Shown here: positions 25,539 through 37,275 of the stretch, piece after piece
Layout: each line of letters opens with the position of its first letter
Numbering within the stretch: position 1 is the first letter of the stretch
Origin: Eledone cirrhosa
Lineage: Eukaryota
Assembly: GCA_964016885.1 (NCBI GenBank)
Contig: OZ024742.1
Span: 57,536,001-57,600,000 of the forward strand
Direction: 5' to 3'
Length of the DNA: 64,000 bases
Notes under the pieces: generated by a model
The model's database searches: none
Seen by the model: only the letters and a program-made list of their open reading frames with translations
What the model was told of the DNA's origin: nothing
Made by a program: the position numbers and the translations under genes

Positions 25539-25742
25539 ATGCTGCCAAGAAAGAAATTTTTCGGAAAAAAAGATATTTATTTTACCCCCTAAAAAGGGGG
25601 TAAATGCAAAAATGTTTCCCTAAATAACAGGGGTTAGTGTTCCAAATGTGTTGCACTGAAAAATGTATCCGGTACTTACTATAGTAAGGGTAAATCCCGA
25701 TGGAATAGCGGAGCCGATGTGAAGCGTGTCTTACTCTATCAA

Positions 25743-25842
25743 GATAGATAGATAGATAGATAGATAGGTATGTATGTAGGTAGGTAGGTAGGTAGGTAGG
25801 TAGGTAGGTAGGTAGGTAGGTAGGTAGGTAGGTAGGTAGGTC
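25743..25842. repeat. (GATA)n-(GTAT)-(GGTA)n compound microsatellite at the 5' end of copy C
   Basis: Direct reading. Confidence 0.97.
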
Positions 25843-26167
25843 GGTAGAAAATCTACACGTGTATGTGTATGTGTGCGTGAGTGTATATGGACAGATCTCT
25901 TTCCATATATATGCGTTAGCCGTGTTCGTATGTGTCAGTGCGTGTGAGAGCAAATTCAGTCTATAGTTTATAAGCTACTCATTATCCACACGTTAAATAA
26001 AATTAGATGTTACAAGGGTTAGATGTCCAAATTGACATAAAGATAGAACATTAGTTAGCTTTCATCAATATCTGTTCTCTGATATTTGCAGAAATTTTTG
26101 ACTCACTCTTTGCACTTTACAAAGAGGAAAATATATATGATGCAGAGGTACACATACGCCCACCCGC

Positions 26168-26178
26168 ACACACACTCA

Positions 26179-26263
<85 letters not shown>

Positions 26264-26283
26264 ATATATATATTTATATATAT
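26168..26283. repeat. (CA)n/(TA)n microsatellite
   Basis: Direct reading. Confidence 0.95.
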
Positions 26284-26590
26284 CGCCTTTGGAGTAACAA
26301 CATCAAACGTAGGTCTGTCTCCATATTAACACATTACAGTGCCTTACAAATGAATTACCTAATGAGCCATCTGAAGACGTCGTGTCATAGATTGCGTTAT
26401 GGTATCATGACATAATCATTTCACCACAGAAATACGTATTATGGCTAATTGCGTAATTAAAGAAGTTATGAAAACTAACCTTTGTATTGTATTATTAATG
26501 TATTTAACTATTTAACTTTGTCCTGCGCTATCCATGCGATGCCATATCAAAATCAGTAGAATACACAAGATGTTGAGTGTTTTTTCGTAT

Positions 26591-26681
26591 TAGACCATGG
26601 TTTTTGCTGATTGGAGCGACACATTCACGATCCCAGCTGCTAATTAGGAAACACACTATAACACATGTATGTGTGTATGAG

Positions 26682-26729
<48 letters not shown>

Positions 26730-27772
26730 CGAAACATAAGTCAATTGCATGAACTCATAATCCTTTATTTACTGCTATGTATATTTCGATGATAGCCGTT
26801 GAATGGCTATGACCTCATCAGGCAGTTAGTCAGTTCTTAGATATGCCAGCTCTGTGTTTATGGTGTTGATGGTATCAGAGTCTTGGGACATATGTATATA
26901 TACATATGTATATATATATATGGGAGTGGATGTGGGTGTGGGTGTGGGTGTGAGTGTGTGGGGGATGTCTAACGGTAGAGTATCACATATGTAACATAAT
27001 TTTTTTTTCTATTTTAGGCACAAGGCCAGCAATTACCCAGTACATTACTGGTACTTTATTTTATCGACCCCGTAAGGATGAAAGGCAAAGTTAACCTCGG
27101 CCGGATTTGAACTCAGATCGTAAAGGGACGTAACTATGCTGTAAAGCATGTCCGACCCTCTACCGATACGGCCAATTCATACTAAGATTATTTTTGTAAT
27201 TAAGAGTCTCACTTTAGAGGATTTAAATTTCAAAAATAGCAAGCAAGGGGAACAACTACATCAATATCAGTTAATAAAATACTTTGAAAATCAGAACAAT
27301 GGTGTTAAGCGTGGTTCCTGTTTTTAAAATTAACTATTGATCTCATCAGGTAAGCATATTCACCTCGATAGTTTTAGAAGTGATGAAGTATATATAAACA
27401 TGGTATGAAATTGGTGACACTCATTGTAAGTATCAACGATAGAACAGAGGAGAAATTAGTCGAACAGTGTTCTGCAAGATTTTATATATATATATATATT
27501 GACGAGGTTATAGGAAGTATATTCGCAATGATCCCGATTGTTCACAATTACTCACTCAATGTAATATTGTCTGAACGAATATCGAGCAAACGGGCCCCAT
27601 CCAGGGTGTTAACAAAATGTATATTTGTAATTGTGTTGGTTTCACGTGTTTGTCCGAATCTCGGGGTTTCAATTTGCAACTTGCCGGATACAGTGGCTGT
27701 ACAGTGCAAGTCAAATGCTGCAAAAACTTCATCAACGGATTCGATAATTACAGTGAGAGAGAGTGAAGCCAT
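26591..27772 (-). CDS. Candidate two-exon small gene (~88 aa): exon 27772-27556 and exon ~26640-26591
   Basis: ATG-initiated, non-repetitive ORF ends at a GTGAGT donor (phase 1); TTTCCTAATTAG acceptor near 26641 continues in frame as TAGIVNVSLQSAKTMV-stop. No homologue recognised. Confidence 0.35.
26771..26826 (-). ncRNA. Minimal type I hammerhead ribozyme in a Penelope-like pLTR fragment
   Basis: Minus strand ACTGC-CTGATGA-GGTCATAGCC...GGCTATCATC-GAAA-TATACA-TA-GCAGT, then AATAAA and a (TA)n junction. Confidence 0.8.
27010..27185 (-). mobile_element. SINE (family C), reverse copy
   Basis: GGCACAAGGCCAGC...CTGGTACTTTATTTTATCGACCCC...GAAAGGCAAAGTTAACCTCGG..GGATTTGAACTCAG. Confidence 0.85.
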
Positions 27773-28046
27773 TTATCCATGCTGAGCGTGAAAGCATAAC
27801 TGCTAGAATATGCTAGTCAGCTTCAATTAGTGATGTCACGTGTCGAAGAACGACTTATCGCTCGCTGTTGGACTGTGCCAAAAACGGCAAAATTTCAACA
27901 TATAACATACCCAGAATTTATATCTCAACCAGTTGGAAAAAATTTAAAAAGAAGAATTGCAAAGAAATACAGAGGTAAAAATGATGATAAAAATACCATT
28001 TACCCACATTTCTGGGTGTTCTGTTTACTGGGGAGAGTGGGGGAAA

Positions 28047-28085
<39 letters not shown>

Positions 28086-28091
<6 letters not shown>

Positions 28092-28705
28092 AAAGAATAG
28101 AGGTGTAACACACAAGTTATTATATATTGGTAAACGGAATAGAAAATGCTGACAAATTGTTCACAGTTGAAAAATGGTTTAATTAGGAATAAAAGAGTAT
28201 TAGTGATTGTATGGGTTAGTATTCAGTGGTGGTTTTAAGTTTTTAAGTTTTTACCGGTTGCGCATTTCTAAATGCTTTTCAAAAATAATTTTGAGATAGA
28301 GTGTCCGTGCTGTTTGCTCTGATCTGATTAGTTTTGGGAATTCTACCTGTTTTTATGTTAAAAAAGTGGCTCCAGCGTTACTTTGGTGTTGCAAAAATGA
28401 CCTCTACCGACCAATCAAAATTGTTTTGACCACAAGAATTTTTGCAACACCAAAGTAACGCTGGAGCCACTTTTTAAACATAAAAACAGGTAGAATTCCC
28501 AAAACTAATCAGATCAGAGCAAACAGCACGGACACTCTATCTCAAAATTATTTTTGAAAAGCATTTAGAAATGCGCAACCGGTAAAAACTTAAAAACTTA
28601 AAACCACAACTGAATACTAACCCATACAATCACTAATACTCTTTTATTCCTAATTAAACCATTTTTCAACTGTGAACAATTTGTCAGCATTTTCTATTCC
28701 GTTTA

Positions 28706-28714
<9 letters not shown>
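28086..28714. mobile_element. Fold-back element: ~278-bp inverted arms (28121-28398 / 28438-28714), 39-bp spacer, in (TA)n
   Basis: Arms are near-exact reverse complements; ~35-bp unique extension on the left only. Confidence 0.85.
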
Positions 28715-28785
<71 letters not shown>

Positions 28786-29001
28786 TTGCAAGGTTTTTGA
28801 TATGAAATCGTGTGTCGAAACAAATATTATTATAGTTGGGGAGGGTTATATTGTTGTAATAATATTGCCAGAAATAATAACAGAACACACTCACTGTTTG
28901 GTTGGTTTTCGCTTCTGTATCTTTTATATCTCCATAGTTAATTTATTTGGCAATCAATGTTTATGATTAACTGACCAACGGTTAAAAATACAGATATAAA
29001 T

Positions 29002-29034
<33 letters not shown>

Positions 29035-29041
29035 GTCTATC

Positions 29042-29082
29042 AAAATTCTTTCGTTGCATATCTGCAACATCATCAGTGGTAC
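29042..29082 (-). ncRNA. Degenerate hammerhead motif
   Basis: CTGATGA-T-GTTGCA-GATA-TGCAAC-GAAA; stems I and III eroded; abuts (TA)n. Confidence 0.5.
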
Positions 29083-29132
29083 TATTATCATGTTCCCTCC
29101 TATTGTATTGTAATGTTTACGCCATTTTTATT

Positions 29133-29179
<47 letters not shown>

Positions 29180-29330
29180 TTTTTGTCTCCGTCTCTGCGC
29201 ATGCGTTTGCGTGTGTGTATATTGTTTGGTGTGTGTGTTCGCGTTTGAGTTTATGTGGTTTGGTTTTTGTATTCTACCTTTGTTTACTGGTGTGTGTTTG
29301 TATGTGTTTGTTGTTATTGTACTTGTGTAT

Positions 29331-29369
<39 letters not shown>

Positions 29370-29651
29370 TATTTCCCTTAAGTCAGTATTGTTTGTTTTG
29401 GTATGGTTGCTGTTGTTATTCCATTCGTTTTTTCTGTTTAACTTCTGTTTTCTAAGCTCTATTTCACTTGCTTCTCTGATTTGCATACCTGTTGGGTCAT
29501 TTCTATGTTTAGATATTATTTTAATTTCTTTGTTGTCTATATTACCGTCATGTTGTTGTCTGGCGTGTTCGTATAGTACTGAACCGTTTTTTTTTTTCCT
29601 TTTAATTAACACACACACCCCCATTATTACAGTATGACCCTCCCCAAGTAT

Positions 29652-29688
<37 letters not shown>

Positions 29689-29691
<3 letters not shown>

Positions 29692-29913
29692 AGTAAGTAT
29701 GTTTTGAAACAGTGAGCAGGTTTGAAATTAGAAAATAGAATAGCTTTCATCGTATTTTTGACTAAAGGAATTTTAGTCTGATAATGGGGTTTAGAACCCT
29801 CAGATAAATGGAAAAAGATGAGTATTGACGTCAATCTTTTTCCATTTATCTGAGGATTCTAAACCCCATTATCAGGCTAAAATTCCTTTAGTCAAAAATA
29901 TGGTTAAAGCTAT
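29689..29913. mobile_element. Fold-back element: ~78-bp inverted arms (29740-29818 / 29835-29913) in (TA)n
   Basis: ATAGCTTT..TATTTTTGACTAAAGG... pairs with ...CCTTTAGTCAAAAATA..AAAGCTAT with a few mismatches; unique left extension. Confidence 0.8.
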
Positions 29914-29934
29914 ATATATATATGGTATATGGTA

Positions 29935-30453
29935 AAATTCCCGAGATCCATGGACGAGTTCTCTCCAGCGGTCTTTTTCCCTCATTATCGCTGCCATGTC
30001 CTGCGTCTCCAAGAGACCAGTGTCTGCCCTTAGGCCATCAACATATGTTAACCGCGGTCTTCCTCTTCCAGTGTGTCCATGCAGGGGCTCACACAGGAGC
30101 ACTGAGTGCAGTGTCAACTCTGGATGTCGGTGAGCATGTCCAGCTAACCTCAGTCTCCTCTCTGCTACTCTCGAGATGACTTTTGAGAGACTCCCGTACA
30201 GCTCTGAGTTCTTCATCCTCAGTGTATACTGATTAATGTTCAGAGCCGCACCCATCCACCATCTGGGTGAGTTTCTTGGTCAGTGTCCAAGTCTCAGACC
30301 CGTACAGTAGCACAGACTCCACTACAGCAACGAAGAGACGGATCTTCAGGTCCCCACGAAGACCTCAAACTGTGGCACGCCGCCCAGGCTTTACTCTTCC
30401 TCTCGACCACATCATTTCCCAATCTTTGCTGCCAAATACAGGAAGTCCTCAAC

Positions 30454-30455
<2 letters not shown>
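29935..30455 (-). pseudogene. 3' fragment of an RTE-clade LINE ORF
   Basis: [43 protein letters not shown]. Confidence 0.85.
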
Positions 30456-31790
<1,335 letters not shown>

Positions 31791-31985
31791 CATATCCTGT
31801 CTATCATCGATAGATCAATGTTGTCTCTCAACACCTTTCAGTCTGGTGGAAAATAAAAAATATTGAAAAAAGACGTCATCAACTGGAACATTGATTTAAT
31901 ATACAACGGCATGACGGGTAATCTCTATACACTTTCTGTATTTATGTTCTAATCTCTCACTCATTCGCTTTTCTTATTCATTTAG

Positions 31986-32061
<76 letters not shown>

Positions 32062-32063
<2 letters not shown>

Positions 32064-32260
32064 CGAAGGAAATGTGGTAAGGAACCAGGTGGACCATAAC
32101 GCACCAAAGTACTCAATACTTGAGGTAGTAGAGTGGGTAATAGGAACCAGTAAGACCCCGACAGCTGAGCTCAAGCCGTTTCGACGGCTAATTCTGGACG
32201 AATCAGTCCAGAATTAGCCGTCGAAACGGCTTGAGCTCAGCTGTCGGGGTCTTACTGATT

Positions 32261-32264
<4 letters not shown>
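32062..32264. mobile_element. Short fold-back element (family H) in (TA)n
   Basis: Head CCAGGTGGACCATAACGCACCA.AGTACTC plus ~59-bp arms around a GAATCA loop; homologous to 48593-48796 and 38742-38850. Confidence 0.85.
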
Positions 32265-32333
<69 letters not shown>

Positions 32334-32498
32334 AAAGTTATATTTAAAATTGTTGGGTTACAACTAGTAAATATTTATAACTGATATAAAAGCACTCGAC
32401 AAATATTTGGAGTATATTTACAATATTAAATAAATGGAAACTATATTTATATTTCAACGGTATGTCGAATCTATTTATCTATAAAACTGTTTATATTG

Positions 32499-32564
32499 TA
32501 TTTTGTCTGAGGAAGGCATAGCATATTGTTAATATGATATCCCTGAAATATATATAATGAAATA
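32499..32564 (+). ncRNA. Minimal type I hammerhead ribozyme (Penelope-like)
   Basis: TATTTTGT-CTGAGGA-AGG..CATATT/AATATG..CCT-GAAA-TATATA-TA-ATGAAATA overlapping AATAAA; fragment lies between two (TA)n tracts. Confidence 0.75.
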
Positions 32565-32601
32565 AATATGGTTTTATAAATATAGTTTCCATTTATTTAA
32601 T

Positions 32602-32770
<169 letters not shown>

Positions 32771-32834
32771 GCGTGTGTGTGTACCTAAATGAATATTATT
32801 ACTATTATTATTATTATATATTATTATTATATAT

Positions 32835-33017
32835 CGGTGGATTGGCAGTATCGGTGGAGGGTCGGACGCCATGCTTTGACGCATAGAGTTACGTCCCTTG
32901 CCATTCTGAGTTCAAATCCCACCAAGGTTAACTTTGCCTTTCATCCTCACGGGGTCGATGAAATAAAGTACCAGTAATGCACTGGGTAATTGCTGGCCTT
33001 GTGCCAAAAATAGAAAC

Positions 33018-33020
<3 letters not shown>
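32835..33020 (+). mobile_element. SINE (family C)
   Basis: GAGTTCAAATCCC..AGGTTAACTTTGCCTTTCATCC..GTCGATGAAATAAAGTACCAG..GCTGGCCTTGTGCC. Confidence 0.85.
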
Positions 33021-33075
<55 letters not shown>

Positions 33076-33089
33076 ATATATATATATAA

Positions 33090-33123
<34 letters not shown>

Positions 33124-33255
33124 AGTGTAACGCGGAGTTACTGTAGGGTCACCCGGGTGAGCACTCAATGTATAGGTTCACGTTGGTATCGAGGTGTAGA
33201 GCTGAACAGAGTGTAGTTTAATAAAACAAGAATGAATGGTTACTCCTTCATTATG

Positions 33256-33335
33256 TTTATTGGTTGGTGACGCGCGTTTCGCTATAGATCAGCTCAAGGT
33301 TCGATCTATATCGATCTAGCCCGACTCGTCGGTTC
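33256..33335 (-). ncRNA. Degenerate hammerhead, Penelope-like 3' end
   Basis: CCGACGA...TATAGATC/GATCTATA..GAAA-CGCGCG-TC then AATAAA; core U4 is C and stem I is lost. Confidence 0.55.
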
Positions 33336-33658
33336 ATTTATGTTTTATGGTTTAACTAATTCGTAGGTGGGTTTGTGATCCAGTCATTCCGATTATCAGA
33401 CCGTGATGCAATATGCAAAATCACTCGACGTTATGCTTATCGTCCATCATAGATGTGGTAACTCATGGTTAATACAAGAACAAAGTTAAATACTTCAATG
33501 AAAATATGAGAAGGTCGGATTCCAATATCTTCCTTTGTTGGCGTCTCATTACATAATACGTATTTCTATGTTGGCTCACGTCGTATGACCATGACGCAAA
33601 ACAATTGGTGATCTCATCGGATGTCATGAATATATAATATTTAGTTAAGTTATCTTTA

Positions 33659-33870
33659 TTGAAAAGACAGTTTGGAGAAACTGATTCTTTGCGACAAGAT
33701 CGTTGGGAAGATGAAAGAAGGAAGACAAAGAAAAACATTTACAGACAGCCTGAACAAATACGTCAACGAAAATAGGCCGAGAAAGAGTGACCTCATCCGG
33801 AACACTGACAACTGGAATGACTGGAGAGCTATGATCACCGATGTCTGAAACAGATCTGGCACCTGATGAT
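33659..33870 (+). pseudogene. 3' end of an RTE-clade LINE
   Basis: LEKLIL..KIVGKMKEGRQRKTFTDSL...LIRNTDNWNDWRAMITDV, ending in a TGATGAT tail. Confidence 0.75.
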
Positions 33871-34569
33871 AAATCCTTACTGGAGAACCATATATCTATA
33901 TATATACTTATCTAAATCATGGGGCGCACAGGATGACGTATAAACAATGGAAAAACAGGCATTCATTTCTCATCAGTCAACCTCTGGAAATCACAAAAGT
34001 TCCAGAACATGGAGGTTGTTCTATTAATACCAAAAGTTTCAGCACATCGAAGATGTATCTATTCATACCATTGCACATTAAGACGCAATGAAACAGGTAG
34101 ACACGGGAAGAGTTGTGCCTTTCAGCTAAATACCCAAATAAAGACGAAAAAAGAAGAAAAAAATGCTACAAACTAAAGTATATCAGAGGAAGAGAGATAG
34201 AAACGGTGCGCGGAAACTTAGCCAAAAGAAAAAAACTAGAAAAGAATGAAACAAAAAAAATGAAAAAATGAAAAAATATGGATTACTGTCTAACGTATAT
34301 ATAAAGAAATATGATACGGAGGCAAAGAAAAGTTAGGAAGGGGAAATAGAGAAAGCCAGGTACAACGTCTATTATTTGATAGGTCAAAAATGCCCGTGTG
34401 GCTAAAACTTTCGAATATGAAAGTGTGTGGTAGCTTAGCCAAAGGAGAAAAAATAGAATGAAGAGAAATAGAAAAAAGAAAAATATCTATACTTATGTAT
34501 TTATATATACTTATGTGCATATATATACATACGGGGCTATACGGATCGTATTCTGCTGGCTTTGTTAAG

Positions 34570-35160
34570 AAATTAATATATAACTATATACATATATTAT
34601 TTTGCTTGATTTCCATGATTCTTGAGGTTGGTTTCTTCAAAGAAATCTGTTCGCTCTTCAGAAGTATTTGCAACTTGCAACTTATATATTCTAAATCACG
34701 TTGAATTATGTTGAGTTTACACTGAAAACCCTTAATAAAGCCAAACACGGTGTTAATAGATTTCCCTGGCCCTTGCAGCTTGATATTAACTTCATTCATG
34801 TGCAATAGAAAATTCTTAAAACATATTACTATTACTGGGCCAAGCAAAATCATTTAGCTGACAAACCATGCTCCATACTTTTCAAATTTAAAAGTGATTT
34901 GATTCTATTTAAACATTCAACAAACCATTCAAGAACTCGACCATCGTACATTATTGCACATAGGTAAAACCATTATAAACCAATTTAACTTCATTTAAAC
35001 GTAAATGAAATTCTCATTTATGCAAAGCCCTGGCAACATTCAAACTAACTGTTTGTCACAATTCCATCATTTTATTCATATCATTAACGACTATATTTGT
35101 GAATATTACTTCCTGGTGTATAATACAATGGAGAAAAAAAGCAAGATAAAAAACAGTTGC
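34570..35160 (-). pseudogene. hAT (SPIN/Buster-like) transposase remnant, central part
   Basis: LHMNEVNIKLQGPGKSINTVFGFIKGFQCKL matches the LNELN.KLQG....I..M...VKAF..KL motif. Confidence 0.75.
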
Positions 35161-35167
35161 TATTTTT

Positions 35168-35958
35168 GCACTTGGGATGCTATCCAGTGCAGCCTGGCCT
35201 CAGACAGGCTCACGCGCCAGCTCGACCAGCACCGCCTTGCTTGTTTTCGTGCAGCCTCCAAACCCCACAGTGGTGCCTGGCTCCATGCTCTGCCCTCCTT
35301 CTCCACTGGCACGCAGCTAGCAAACCATAGCCTGCGAATCGGCGTTTCCCTGAGGCTCGGCCTCCGGATCTGCCAGCCACACCAATGTCGGTGCGGTTCC
35401 ACCGTGGACTCTTTCGACCTCCACTTTCTTTCCTGTCGCCACAGTGCCGGCCACATTCCACGCCATACTGCCCTCAACGAGGTCATTAAGCATGGCTTGG
35501 ACGCTGCAGGCTTCCCTTCACAGCTCGAGCCGGTGAGGCTGGATCGAGGGGACGGCAAAAGGCCAGATGGCATGACCATCTTCCCGTTCCGCGGTGGCAA
35601 ACCCCTCGTCTGGGATGTCACTTGCACCGACATTTTCTGCAGCCGCAACCTGGTGCAGTCTGCGACTGACCCAGGTTCTGCTGCACGTCGGGCTGAGGGG
35701 GCCAAACTCCTAAAATACCGGTCGCTCTCCGACAGGTTTGCGGACGTTCCCCTGGCAGTGGAGACTTCTGGTGTCCTCGGCCCCAGAGCTACCTCCTTAC
35801 TCACCACCATAGGCGCTGAGCTTGCCAGCCGCAAGTGTGAGCCCCGCGAATTGGAGTGGCTTTTCCAGTGCGTCTCCCTTGCCGTCCTTCGAGGAAACGC
35901 CTTCTCCATTCTGTCCACCGGGGCTGTGGGTGGGCCCCATCGCGTACCAATACATTAG
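35168..35958 (+). mobile_element. 5'-truncated CRE-clade (RLE-type) non-LTR retrotransposon
   Basis: SGAWLHALP, RLGL..C.PHQCRCG..VD....H.LSC, RH.ALN, RPDG..WDVT, KY, PLAVET.G, RGNA; GC-rich island in AT-rich DNA. Confidence 0.9.
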
Positions 35959-36124
35959 TTAAATGCCATTCAATATAATAGTTATAGCTAACTTAGATAA
36001 TTATATATATAAACAACAGTTGTTTCTGTAAATCGCTTTATAAAATCAGCGTTTCAGCCTACCGTATTAAAGGCACCATCAGTCGTAAAACCTTCTTTGA
36101 TTTATTAGACTCCACCGTGAAAAT

Positions 36125-36790
36125 ATCCTGTGATAACAACTGTCGTGCCATAACAGCTATCATGTATATAATACCGCATGAGTAATTATAGCTATCGTGT
36201 AATAACAGATATTGTATAAGTAACAGCCATCGAGTAATAACAGTTATTGTGTTATAACAAATATCGTGTAATAACAGCTATCACGTAATAATAGCTGTCG
36301 CATAATGACTGATATCGTTTAATAAGAGATATCATGCAATAACAGATAACATATAATTGTTTCTACTTTTGGCACAAGGCCAGCAATTATCCCAGTGCAT
36401 AACATATAATGACAGCTAAAGTGTTATAACAGATATTGTGTATTAACAGTTATTGTATAATAACAGCTATAGTGTTATTACAGATATCGTGTATTAACAG
36501 TTATTGTGTAATAACAGCTATAGTATTATAACAGCTATTGTTTAATGGCAGCTATCGTGTAATAACAACTACCGTGTAATAACAGCAACCGTGTAATAAC
36601 AACTACTGTGCAATAACAACTACTGTGTAATAACAGCTACTGTGTAATAACAGCTATAGTATTATAACAGCTATTGTTTAATGGCAGCTATCGTGTAATA
36701 ACAACTACCGTGTAATAACAGCAACCGTGTAACAACTACTGTGCAATAACAACTACTGTGTAATAACAGCTACTGTGTAATAACAGCTAA
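36125..36790. repeat. 17-bp minisatellite (CTGTGTAATAACAGCTA-like) with a higher-order duplication
   Basis: Repeating GTGTAATAACA[G/A]C[T/A]A; block ~36505-36640 repeated at ~36641-36780. Confidence 0.9.
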
Positions 36791-37059
36791 TCGAACTGAA
36801 GTTAGTGTATGTGTTCTTATTGAGAGAAATGTGGCAAATGTTCCTGAATATTTTAGCATCCAATTCCATAACTCTGCCTTTAAAAATATTTTCGTTTATT
36901 GTTACCTCATTCGCACCTTCTATAATGGCACCCTTATTGCAAAAGTCATAAAATAAATATGGTGCGTATTTTATAAAATATGCACCATATTTTTCCTATT
37001 ATCAACAACATAAAGCCACTAAAGAGGAAGGCCCTGTCAAGAATTTAAATAAGTTCTCT

Positions 37060-37275
37060 GTATAGCTGTTGATATATTTTTTTCTTTTTGAATTCTTCAG
37101 CATTTTTTTTCTTTTATTCTAGGAACGGCTGATATTTTGTGTCAAAATGCTTTTTTTAATTTTTCATTCTAAGTTCTACACACAACTAGCTGCTCCTCAC
37201 ACAATACAAACATAACTTTATCACCCGCATCAACAACGCTATATTGTTAAGCCATTTTTGTGATAACTTAGTTTT
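37060..37275 (-). pseudogene. hAT transposase N-terminal remnant
   Basis: KW..QYSVVDAGDKVMFVLCEEQLVVCRT....KKHFDTKY resembles the BED-like finger at the start of SPIN/Buster transposases. Confidence 0.6.

Larger units (their letters stand above)
20028..25742 (-). mobile_element. Tx1-clade LINE, copy C (best preserved)
   Basis: ORF1 plus an almost continuous ORF2; (GATA)n on both sides. Confidence 0.97.

Noticed and set aside
9641-25603. Many plus-strand and alternate-frame ORFs inside the LINEs
   Set aside because: Antisense or shadow frames of GC-rich or low-complexity ORF1/ORF2 sequence; no motifs.
35005-35167. N-terminal part of the 317-aa ORF as a host-CRE fusion protein
   Set aside because: AT-rich antisense hAT sequence fortuitously in frame with a 5'-truncated CRE fragment.
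36954-36993. Short palindromes (AAAATATGGTGC..GCACCATATTTT; also 43493-43521)
   Set aside because: Too short and AT-rich to assign; possibly collapsed TIR remnants.
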